A stretch of 64,000 nt of DNA, from the NCBI RefSeq assembly GCF_024521635.1, contig NW_026250425.1:372001-436000 (forward strand). The letters are read 5' to 3'. Positions 1-11,868 of this stretch are shown here, one piece after another. Made by a program: the position numbers and the translations under genes. This DNA comes from Tricharina praecox (lineage: Eukaryota). The notes under the pieces are model-generated. The model was not told the origin of the DNA and did not search any database. It saw nothing but the letters and a program-made list of their open reading frames with translations. Numbering within the stretch: the first letter of the stretch is position 1; every line of letters begins with the position of its first letter.

Positions 1-3000
1 GTCGCCACGGCTGTATAATGCGCGCGCTTTGTCTGCTACTTTGCGGAGCCCGCAGAGACAGCGGCGGATCAACCGCGGGATCGATGAGTCTTTACCGCCA
101 GCTTCGTCACAGGCCCCTCCAACTCCGGATGCCGATCTCCCTGCTGCTCGGTCTTATCGCCCTCCTCAGCCTACTAGGTCTTCCAGTACGGTTGTTGAAT
201 CACCCAATACCATACAGAACAAGAGGAGAAAGGTCCAGAATCAGTGTACCACGTGGCAGTCCGATGAGGAGAAGAAGGAAGAGGAAGAGGAAGAGGCGGA
301 AATGTTCACGCGACAAAGAAAAAAGCGGGCGACATCGCGAACTGCAGGCGTAAAGGAGGAAACTACGCCAATGCACGTACCCCGGCAACTACAAGAAAGC
401 CAGGACAGTCAACGTTCTCGATCTCAGTGGTTCACACAAGGAGTGGTCAAAGATTCAGACGATGAAGAGGACTTCTCCGATAGCGGCGATCACGAAATGG
501 AGGAAAGCTACGGTATGGGGGATGATGCTGACCTTCTGAGCTTGCTGGAGGACGAAGAAGCTGCCAGTAACCACAACCCAATCCAGAGGGCCAGCGATAA
601 GGGCAAAGCATACGCCACGCCAGTACCACGAATTTCGCCTGCTAAGGTCAGACGGTCACCCCGCAAGGCTAAAGATCTTCCAGAGCCAGTTCCACCCAAC
701 GTGGAGGACGATGACGAGTTTGCAGGGATGTCCGAAACACAGTTGAAGACGATGCTTTCAAGTCTCAAGCAACAGAATTACGAGTTGCTAGATGTCCTCC
801 AGGATCAGTACTACGATGCGGGAGAAGCACCCCCAATGAAGCTGATTACCGAGAAGAAGAAGCTGAAAGCGAAAATTGATCTCGTTACGAAAAGAATTGC
901 CAGTGGTGTCTCAATACCCACTGCCAGCAGTAATCCTTCGTTGATCTCTAGCCCCATCAAGAAGCGCAGCGGCATGGTAGAAGCTACTCAGTATCCTCAA
1001 CTGCAGCCGTTCAATGAACCTCCCACGCATACTAATCCTATACCGTCAACGCCATCGAAACGCAATAAGTACGGGGATGAAACCACGGCTAGCCCCATCA
1101 CCCGGACAATACGATCTCCGCTCAAACCTCCGTCCAGGAGACATTTGCATCCTCCTCCTCCCCCGCCAAACCGTCAACCATCTCCGTCTGTTCGACGAGG
1201 CTTTCCCCAGCGAACTCTCGAGGGCCTACGTCCTCCCGACTCTCCACCGCCGTTCGATCCGGACGATTTTGATTTCGAGGAGGTTGATCCAGTTCCTCGG
1301 AATGTTCCTCAGAATGTTCCTCGGCCCGCTTTACAAAGTGAAGACGAAAACTTTGGCAGTGATTTCGAAGTCGAGGATCTGGAAGAAATCGAGGATGATG
1401 ACATTCGGATAATCGATCCACCACCAACTAGAAAGAGAGCACCCCTCGGTCCTTCAACCGGGAATTCACCAACCCGCAGGACCATCGACCAGGTTCTCGG
1501 AAAGAAGCCCCAGTCAACGCAGCTCGCAAATCCACACATTGAGCTCCTCCAGGGGAAACACCATACCCAGCGTGCCGCGACGGTCGATCTGAATAGTCCT
1601 ACCATGCAGTACCCATGGTCAAAAGAAGTCGCCGCTGCCTTGCGCCACCAGTTCAAACTGAAAGGGTTCCGAAGCAATCAGCTCGAGGCCATCAACGAAA
1701 CTCTTTCTGGAAAAGACGTCTTTGTGATCATGCCCACGGGAGGCGGAAAGAGTCTGATCTACCAGCTTCCTGCTGTGGTTAAGTCGGGAAAGACCCGAGG
1801 CGTGACTATCGTTGTCTCGCCATTACTCTCTCTGATGACCGATCAGGTGGATCATCTTCACGCGAACAATGTTATGGCGTTCTTGCTCAACGGAGAGATC
1901 GAGGAGGCGAGGAAGAAGTTGATATTTCAATGGTTGCGAGACCCCGATGTCGAAAACATGATATCCTTGCTTTACGTAACCCCTGAGATGATCGGAAAGA
2001 GCAACTACCTAATCGACACACTCCGCGATTTACACCGTCGGGGGAAACTCGCCAGAATAGTGGTTGACGAAGCTCATTGTGTATCGCAATGGGGCCACGA
2101 CTTTCGACCGGATTACAAGGAGCTCGGGACTATCAGACCCAACTTTCCAGGCACCCCCTGGATCGCTCTGACGGCTACAGCCACATCGAAGGTGCAACTG
2201 GATGTTCAACGCTGTCTGGGAATGACCGGCTGCAAGGTGTTCACCCAAAGCTTCAATCGTCCCAACCTGAGCTACGTCGTGCGGTCAAGGAACAAAGGAC
2301 CCAAAGTTCTGGCCGATATCGCGGAAATCTGCCAGGAGAACCGGAACAAGGCGGGTATCGTTTACTGCCTGAGTCGGCAGACTTGCGAAAAGGTGGCAAA
2401 GGTGTTGCGGGACCGTGGCATCAACGCTGAACATTTCCACGCCGGAATGGCGTCCGACGAAAAGAGCAAGCTGCAGAAAGCCTGGCAGGCGGGACGGTGC
2501 CATGTAATCGTCGCAACGATCGCGTTCGGCATGGGAATCGACAAGTCGGACGTGCGTTTCGTTGTTCATTACAGCATACCGAAGAGCTTGGAAGGATACT
2601 ATCAGGAAACGGGCAGGGCCGGCAGAGATGGCAAACCCAGTATCTGTACCTTGTTCTACAACTATAGCGACGCAAACTCTCTCTTCCGGATGGTGGACAG
2701 TGGCGAAGGTCCGCACGACCAGAAGAAGCGACAGAAGGAGATGATTCGACAAGTCATCCAATACTGCGACAACGAGGCAGAGTGCCGGAGAGTACAGGTG
2801 CTTCGGTACTTTGGCGACACGAAGTTTACGGCAGATGAATGCAATGCCTCCTGTGATAATTGCTCCTCCGGAGTCGAGTTCGAGCGGCGTGATGTCACCG
2901 ATTATGCCAAAATAGCCCTCAAGATCATCCAGGCATTAGACGGGCAGAAAAAGACGCTCCTCTATGCGGCGGACGTCTTCAAAGGAGCTGGCAAGAAGGC

Positions 3001-4293
3001 TCAGGATACCGATGGCCATATCGAGGGATTCGGGGCTGGGAAGCATTGGACAAAGTCAGACTGTGAGAGGCTCTTCAATAAACTCTCGTCCGAGGAGTTC
3101 ATTGGAGAGCTGCACGTAGCGTCGCGCAGCGGATGGCACAACAGCTATGTCAAGGTAGGCCTTCCCGTTTCTCGATAACATACTCATCTCAACATATCTA
3201 ACCTTTAGAACAGTTGAACAAAACCAATGCCAACAAGATCCTGAATGGGAGAGAAAGGGTGTTCATGTCTTTCATGAAGGAGGGGCAAACGAATGCGAAG
3301 AGGCCCGTCGTCGCGAGGAAACCCGCCTCTTCCACAGCATCCTCTAGGGGCGAGCTTGAGCTGCAGTCTACAAGAGCGAGAGAATCTGACCTCGGTGGGT
3401 TTGTCGTGTCGGATGGGGAATATGATAGCTTGGGGATGCCGCCGATACGAATTGGTCCCTCTCGTAAAGAGCCTTCCGCACGAGCACGCAGGGCAGACCG
3501 CAATCCACCCCAGCAGCTCGGACAACCCATAACGGCAGAGGATGTTATGGCCACTCTCAACCCTTTGGAAATGGAAATGCTCGATCGATTCATCAAGGAG
3601 GCCAGGAAAATCCGGGGTAAAATAATGGAAGATAATGGATTCAGCCGCATCCAATCCGTCTTCGTGGATGGAATGCTCCAGAAGTTCGGAATATTCCTAC
3701 CGACAACCAAGGAGGCGATGGCAGCAATCGTCGGGAACGCAGACAGAGTCGAAGACTTTGGCGCCCAGTTCCTCGCCCTCTGTCGCAAGTTCGCCAAAGA
3801 GAAGGAAGAGAACTTTGCAGACGCGGACATAGGCGAAACCCCCATCTTCCGCAACTTTTCGCAGCCACCGACCGCGGGTTCCTTCATCGCTCTCGACGAC
3901 GACGACGACGACGATGCGGACGAGGATGAGGACTACAGCGGCGGCATGGCGGACGAGGACTTCGAAGACGGCGACACAAGCGAGTACTTCCGCAAAGACG
4001 TTGCCGACAGGCAGAAGGACATGATCAGCCAATGGGAGGCTGGAGCGAGCCAGGCCCGGCCGAAGAAAGCAGCGGTAGGTGCGCGGGGAGGCGGCCGCGG
4101 CGGTAGGGCCCGTGGCTTGAAGAAGCCGTATGGCAGTCGGGCTAGTGGCGCAGAGTCTGGCGGTGGCAGGAGGCAGAGTGGCGGGGCGAGGGGGTTCGCA
4201 AAGAAGAGGGGCGGTGCAAGAGGAGGTGGTGGTGCGGCTTCGCGTGGAGGCGGTGGTTCGAGAGGTGGTGCGGGTCCGAAGGCGTTGTGGTGA
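1..4293 (+). CDS. sgs1: RecQ-family DNA helicase (Sgs1/BLM/MusN-like), 5' end outside window; intron 3155..3213
   Basis: Frame is open from base 2. Motifs FRSNQLEAIN, MPTGGGKSL, DEAHCVSQWGHDFRPDY, ATIAFGMGIDK, YYQETGRAGRDG and RQC cysteines (ECRR..CNASCDNC). A GTAGGC..CTAAC..CAG intron joins YVK to LNKTNA. Exon 2 has an HRDC-like segment and an RGG-rich tail; TGA at 4291-4293. Confidence 0.95.
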
Positions 4294-5038
4294 TAAGGTT
4301 TTGGCTTCCCCAACCAACAACACGTTTTCTTTTTTGCCCCTTCCCTTGTTTTCCTGACGATTCTCCTTTTCATTTCATTTATCATTACTGGCCTCGTGGC
4401 CGTGGCCGTGGCCGTGGCCGTGTCATCGCGAAGGGAGGTACTCTACTTGGGTATTAGTGTATAGTATTCTTTTTTTCTTTCTTCTTCTGTTTTTCTTCTG
4501 TTTTTCTTCTGTTTTTTCTTCATATTAAACTTAGGCGGAGGCCGGAAGGGGAGTTTTGGATATTTGATTATTGTTTTGTAGGTATGCTGTTTAAGTTTGT
4601 ACTTACTCTACATTGGGAGACAATGATTTGACGGATTGGATTGGATTGGATTCCGCGACACCTACCTGGTCACTGGTCACTGGCGTGATGGAAATGCTCC
4701 GATACTCTATTGGTTATTGGAGAACACTGGACTTCAATCCGGGGACAATCACATGGTCACCAGTGAGATTCAATGCAATGCGGCTCGGTTTTATACTAAC
4801 GGTGGGGGTATTCCAATTTCCTTTCAAAAAAACTCGATCTTTGGGGGTGACTGTATATGCAAAAGGACTCTTCATATCAATCTCCGAGGAGCAGCACCAC
4901 CTACGGGGAAACGCCATACTCCCTCACTATCTCCCTCCCTCCCTCCTCTCCACCCACCCACCACATTCTCCACCACATTCTCTACCACATACTAGGCAGG
5001 TATCCCCGATTTTTCCACCGCTACACTACACTACTACA

Positions 5039-6602
5039 CTACTTACACCGCTTCTCAACAATGTTGACACCTGTGCGACGAAACGAGTCAGATCATTGTC
5101 CGTAAAAAAAGGCCAGAAAGATGTGGGGAGTGTACCATGTTCATCGTATTCCTTCTTACTGATCCACAGCTGATGGAAGCTTCCCAGACTCGCCAGGATA
5201 CTTCCACCCAGCCAATTGGCATACTTCCTCTCCATAGTATTTCCAGGCGCCGCAAGCCTAACACGGGGACCGGGGAACGCAGTGCTAAGCTCAAGGCTTA
5301 CACGGTCGTGGAAGCCGTACAGCAAGCTTCCCGCGCCGGTGACCACAACATTATTAAGGATGTGAGCCTTGATCTCGATATCGACGTCGCGCATAGCGGC
5401 GGCGACGAGGTGGCCTACGCCCAGGGTAGTCTCGGGGTCGGGGTGGGGGATATCGGGGGCGGTGAGCATGGCGCGGGGATTGAAGATGCCCTCTGCGATG
5501 CGGAAGCGCTCGGAGCCGAAGACAAGGTTGTAGCCGTCGGGGAACTCGAAGGTGCGCACGCCGACGCCGTTTGGCGGGGAGCCGTCGGGGTTGTTGGGCG
5601 GTATCGCGCCCCCGTTGATCCACATCTGGGCGGTGCACTCTTTGAACTCGGTGAGGACGCGCTCCTCCTCGAAGCTCTTGAAGCTGGACGTCGGCGCCTT
5701 GCCTTCCGGCCACGTCGTGCGCAGCGTCGCTTCTGCCGGCTTGCCGACTTCCACTGGGATCTTGGCCACTACTTGGTAGTGCGCGCTCAGCGGGATGTTC
5801 TGCGAGACGAGGTACGCGCGGATCTGGTTGCTCAGGAAGTCGCCGCCGAGCGGGGTGCGCGCGCTGCCTTTCTTGAGGACGAAGCCGTCGTGGATGGGAG
5901 TGACGGCGACGTTGGCGGCGCCAAAGTCGATGACCAGGCCCGACGACTTTCCGGACGCGAACCCAGCGCACACGGCATTCTTGGCTAGGTAGAAGGCGGG
6001 CACCTCGAAGTCCTCGAACGCAACCTCAATCGTCTTTTCACGGTTCTTGGTCGGGTTCCACACCGGCTCTGTCACGAGCAGCGGGTGCTCACGTAGGTCC
6101 TGCGCCAATCGCGACATGAGCGCGGTCCGCCACAGAGCTGGCGCCACGTCCCAATCCGCCACTATCAATCGATCGGTATTAGCTCAGACGAAGGAGCTGG
6201 ATTCGTAGAGGTGGGAGGGGAGGAGAACGCACCGATGCCGTCGCTCATGGGATTCGCGATCTCCATCCCCGCGCGCACCGTGTGCACGTCGTTATCGCCG
6301 AAGTAGAGCTTGCGGGCGCCGTCGGGGCCAGCGCCCTCGACGTAGCCGTAGTGGGTGGGGATCACGGACTTGGGGGTATCTTCGCCGGCGAATCCGGCGC
6401 GTGTCCAGCATTGGCCGGGATCAAGTACGAGGGCTGAGATTTCATCTAGATCAGAGAGCGAAAGAGTTCGTGTTAGATCTCAATGAGCTGACAGCAGCAG
6501 CAGCAGCTAAGGGCAAGCTCGCATAGATAGTCACGTACCACCGCCGTATTCTAGTGTGGAGGGCGCGTGGTTTGACGGGAGATTTGAGGGGCCGGCCGAC
6601 AT
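5039..6602 (-). CDS. arp4: Actin-related protein Arp4 (NuA4/INO80/SWR1 subunit); introns 6446..6538, 6162..6232, 5071..5135
   Basis: Spliced product reads [77 protein letters not shown], which is the Arp4 signature N- and C-terminus. Confidence 0.93.
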
Positions 6603-9600
6603 GTTTGAGTGACGCGAAATGACGCCGAGAATTGCGGTTTGCGGGTGGAGATTGCGGGTCGGGTTGGTGATGGTGGCTGTTTGGTGGGGAAACGCGACGA
6701 GGGCGGCGACACAAGACACGTGCCGGCTGAGCTTGGCGGGTTGGGTTTAGGCTATATCGATGAAGGTGCATTGTCACTCGACGTAGAGTGCTGTGATATA
6801 TCACTCGGTTTCCTGGTGATCTACCATACAGTAATATCACTCGGTTCGTTCAGTCGCGGACCTTGATTGTTTTCTTTGTTCACAGAATGGAGCCATGTAT
6901 TTGAGACTCATACCGCTTTGGCTGAAGCCTTGCACTTCAATATGATACATTGATCGATACAGCGGCAGCCACCATCTCCATCCATGTGTGCCATAGGTTG
7001 TGAGCCCGGTACAGCGCCATCAATGTTCTCGATACTTATTCCTTCTACCCTCATTGATTCTATCGATCCACTGTTTATCGTTCTACTATACCAATGTCGA
7101 GTCTTTCTGCCGACCAAATCTCTACCATACTTCCACATACCCGAAGAGAAATCTTCCAATATCAACCCCTTCAAATCTATCCGCGTTGCTTTGACGTTTA
7201 TACTCAGGCGGCTACCAGTGGGAAGAAGAGAAACCCCCGTCTGCCCGGCTAGCTCAGTATCCGTTGGTGCCAGGAAACGGAGCGTGTATGTACATTATAA
7301 CTTGTTTATCACGGCCGGCCACGAATCCAGAAGGTTGAAATCAGAAGAACCAGAGTTTTCATAGGTACTACTCAGGCTAAAGCATTGCATTTCAGTGGGT
7401 ATACACATAGAGTACCTTGACTGCCTAAACCGCCATTGCGACTGACAAGCTTCTTGTACGGGTTTCCTTGATCAGTGATCACCTACATACAAAGCGAGGT
7501 TTTATTGCTGTGTGGAACCGACTCATACAGTGCAGTGGAAGACTGCAGCCTGTATGTATGTAAAAAAATTCGCTCGAGTGGGGAAGATGTCGAGTGATCG
7601 ATCGGGTGTGGATAGGTGGCCCGACAGCCAGGCGCACTACCGTTCCAAGCCTAAGGAGATTGTATAATTGTATTCAGTGGCATGCAGCTGTACTCTACAT
7701 TCACCCTGGCTAGCCGAAGCCGCGAGTATTCTAGGCCGCGCCTCGCCTCCTGCGTACCGTATGTATATATCACTCGACTCCCACCAGAAGACGGATCACT
7801 TCTTCGCAACGTATGCACCGGTAACTCACGACACATGAACACCATACCAGTTGTCTCACGGGCACCCCAAGCTCCCACTAATCAGATTGGCCCGCCGCCC
7901 TAGTTCGTATACGTGCTTGCCGCCCAGCGGCCTCGAAACATTTGCATTATGATTCACGGTGATTGAGCTCAATGCGTGGGATTATTGTGTTGGCAACCTC
8001 AGCGGTTACTGCACCATGGCATGTCCCTAGCAGCTTACATAGCCGCGTGACCGCGTGGTCGCGCTTGAACTCCGGTGGGCACTGTGGCAGCATGGCAGCC
8101 TTGCAGGGCCATCCCGACCTGGTTGAGGGCTCGTTCCCTGCCGCGTGCGTGCGTGTGGGCACTGAATATCACCTCAAGCGATTGTAGCGATTAGAGTGAT
8201 CGGTAGGTAGGTAGAGTACTATATTCTTGTTCGTAGATATGTGGAGTAGAGTAGAGTATGTACTCTTGAGTAACGCGGCAGGCGGTGCGGGATTGAGAGA
8301 GGATGCTTCATGCCATGCCTTGCCATGCCTTGGTCGCATCCACAAAACAAAAGCCGAAGTCGTCCGAAGCTGTTTTGCTCTTGCGGGGACGCAGAGCAAT
8401 CCCCCCCTCTCCCCCTGAGAACACTCGCCGCCCCGCAAGACTCGCCCTAGGGAGGTATTCTCCTGGACCGAAAAGGGATCGTTCCTTCACCGGCCTTTCC
8501 TCGAAGGTTCCTCGGCGATTCCGCCGCCACCACCAGTGCTGCACGAGCACGAGGTTCGCCCGGACCGTCGCCGCCACCTCTGGAGTCTGCAGTCAATTTT
8601 GCTGGGGGGCACGACTAGATACGTACTAGTACTAGTGGCTAGCCACTTGGTTAGTGAAAAATGCAGGAACCAACAACGAACACAAGGGTCAACCTGTTTT
8701 GGCATGAGCTTAATTGACCATCGACTCTTTGCCTACAAACGTAGAAAGGTATGTATGTACTCTATCTGTGGCGATATCTTGGCAACGGCAGTTCGGTGGC
8801 TAGGCACTCTATTTGGAAGACGGTGAGATGCCCGCGGGTGGACTGGGAGGTTTGCACTGATTTCCGCTCGATGGATACCGGTATGGGGAGTTGAAGTCGA
8901 AGTTGAGGCGACGAGGAGGAGGCATCGCGATCGCGTGCGGCATCTCGTTCTTCCTTTCCTCCCTCCCCCCACGGGGCCCGCCCCCGGCGCGGCGGCTCCA
9001 GCTCAGTTTCGGTTCAGGGGGAAAGCCACCCGGCTATTGCCATCTAGATTGGGATGTGCGGTCGAACGATCGCCGTTGTTTTGTTTGGGATTAGTGTCGG
9101 AACGCCTTTTTTGTTCGCTTTTCAGCGGGGGCGGGGAGGGGGGGGAGAGTCGGGGAGTCGGGGAGTCGGGGGAGAGGTGATGTTCGACTTGACTTCAGGA
9201 GAAGAAAAGTGAGACATCCAGACTCCAACAGAGGGGGAGACGAGCCATCCAGATCTAGCACCAGAGAGGGAGACGAGCCCATCCCAAGCCCGTCTAGCCA
9301 GAATCCCATCTCGCTCGCTCGAGCTCATTTCTCGCTTGTTGGCTGAGCCTAGATAGGCGGGTGGGATAACCCAGGATGCATGATCATTTCCTCCGGCGCG
9401 GGCGTCTGCCCTCTGCCCTTTGCCCTCTGCCCTCTGTCCGTGTCTCCCTTTTCTGAGCGACGGAATCCCGTGCTCGCCTCGGTTCGCGATAGGACGACGA
9501 CCGTTCGTATGGCTATCTCGGCTTGGACGATGTCCTCTGGGTGGAACGGCCTGTGGTCCTCGTTATCAGCTGACAGCCCTGCAACGTCGAATCTCTCACC

Positions 9601-10095
9601 GGCTGATCTCTTTCCCACTCGCTCTCTCTCTTTGTCTCTGTCTCTCGCAATGCCTGGAGAAAGGGAAAGGACTGGGGGCGTGCAATCTCCCTTCGCAGAT
9701 GTCTTCAAGGATCTCATTGGTGTCGACTTGTGGGGTGCAGGGGGTTGAGCTTAGTTGGTGATGGTGGATGGTGTCCTGCATATCGGCGCGCGCTTTGCTC
9801 CAAGGGAATGACAACCCCTTTCCGCATAGATCATCTCATCCTCACTCACTCACTCACCACCCCTCCCCCAAAATCTCAGCCCTCAGCTATGCCTTAAAAC
9901 CTCCGCACAGCCCGCTGCCATTCACACCTCCAGCCGTCTTTACTGCCATCCACTCTCTTTCAAGAAAAAAATAAAAAAGCCCAGTCCTCGTCAATCCGGT
10001 AGAAAAACGTGTTCGTTTCTCACCCACATTCACTCTTTACACACCTACAACACTCGATAATACTCAATCACCACCAACCCAACCACATAATCAGA

Positions 10096-10840
10096 ATGCG
10101 TTTCTCAACTGTCTTCTGCGCCGTCGGTGCCTTCGCCGTTGCCGTCTTTGCCCAGCAGAACCCCATCAGCGAGCCTACCCAGGCCACCGAGATTATCGCG
10201 GGCAAGCCTTGCATGATCAAGTGGAACCCCACCTCTGAGGGAACAATCAGCTTGTACCTCCGCCAGGGTGACAGCAAGAACTTGGGCACCGTCGGCCCCA
10301 TTGCCGGTTAGTATTCCACTTCACACAGCATTTCCTTGCAAACAGTCAACTGACAATTCTCCAGAGGGCGTTGAGAACTCCGGTGTCTACGAGTGGGTTC
10401 CCGAGAAGGAGCTCCCCGGCGGCGACGACTACGCGATCCAGATCGTGTCCGAGGACGACGAGATCAACTACACGTCGCTGCTGTCTATCAAGAGCGACGT
10501 GAAGGCGAAGCCCGTATCGGAGTCCGCCTCCCCGTCCGCCTCCGCCTCCGAGGAGGCTCCCAAGTCCACCCACCACGACGCCTCCAAGACCATGACCACC
10601 GACGCCCCCCACCACACCACCATGGCCTCCAACGGCACCATCGTCACCTCCACCAAACCCTACAGCAACAGCACCGCCACCTCCACCAAGAAGAGCTCCT
10701 CCGCCCGCCCCAGCTCCACCTCCTCCGCTGAGGAGTCGTCCGTGCCCTCGACCCCCGCCGACTCCGGTGCCATCGGCGTTGTCCGCTCGCCGCTGGCGCT
10801 CGTCGCCTGCCTGGTCGGTGCGATCGTTTACTTCAACTAA
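10096..10840 (+). CDS. GPI-anchored Ser/Thr-rich cell-surface protein (Kre9/Knh1-like N-terminal domain); intron 10307..10364
   Basis: Signal peptide MRFSTVFCAVGAFAVAVFA. Domain pattern IKWNPT..ISLYL..NSGVYEW..DDYAIQI..NYT, then an S/T-rich stalk and a hydrophobic C-terminal GPI signal (DSGA..LALVACLVGAIVYFN*). Strong C-ending codon bias. Confidence 0.85.
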
Positions 10841-11779
10841 ACGCTCTCACCACCTCGCGCTCGAGTTCATTTCTTTCAGTGTGCGTTGCTGTTAACTGTA
10901 CTTTTTAACTTTATTATAACGGTTTGATGGGTTTATGGAGGGGAAAGGGGATGTACGTTTTCATGTTGGATTACAAAGTTATCAAGATTATAATATCATT
11001 TTTCGTGGTTGTTTTGGGGGAGTTCGAACATCTTTTTCTTTGTGTATATCTATATCTTAGGTACGGTACGGCGACGTCTGTTTGGTCTTCGTTAAAGAGG
11101 CGACAGGGAGTTGGTTGCGGTTGCGTTTTCGGCGCTATCATCACTACTACTACTACTACTACTACTATTGCTGAATCTTTTATTTATTACTATTGATGTA
11201 TCGCATCGATACGAGTGTTTAGCACTTTGTAGAGTACCTCCAACTCTGAATGTGACCGTGATGTTGTTAACAAGAGCACCCAAAATTAGCCCCCATTTGA
11301 TTCTCCAGCTCGCTCTGCGCAGTAATACGAATCAACGCAACTGGAAGTTTGAAAGTTCAACCAGTCGCATCCACGAAGGGATGTGTAGGTGTGTGTGTGT
11401 GGGGGGGGGAGGGGGGGAGGGGGGAGACATCCTCATCTCATTTTGATTCTCGATTCTCTCTCGATTGAAGGGGGGAGGGGGGGGGAGCCCACTGATTGGC
11501 GGGATTACCTTAGTACGGGCATAGCGTACGGCGTAGGCTGCGTAGCTCATCGTGTGAAGAATAGCAAGCATGGCAGAAGAAAACATGCATAAATGAGTGT
11601 AATTACACCATTACACCATTACACCAACGCGGCAAGTTGCAACGCCGTATTGGCAACGTCGGGCTGACGGCGAGGCGCAGTGGGGACTGGGATTGGGGAC
11701 TGGGACTGGTGCGTGGGTGAGTGGGTTGTGTTACGGTGGGTTGTGTTATGGTGGGTTTGGCTGGGTTGGCTGGGTGGGA

Positions 11780-11868
11780 CCTGGGATGGGGGGATTTGGG
11801 GGGAGGGGGGAGACATGGGGAGGGGGAGACATGGGGAGGGGGGAGACATGGGGAGGGGGGGGGAGACA
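11780..11868 (+). repeat. G-rich tandem repeat, about 4 x GGGGAGGGGG(G)AGACAT
   Basis: Directly visible, within a wider G-run-rich stretch 11680-11870. Confidence 0.8.

Noticed and set aside
5137..5988. Long antisense or alternate-frame ORFs over arp4 (similarly 17068..18099, 38791..39402, 47793..49013, 61848..62687)
   Set aside because: Shadow ORFs caused by GC-rich codon bias in real genes; no motifs.
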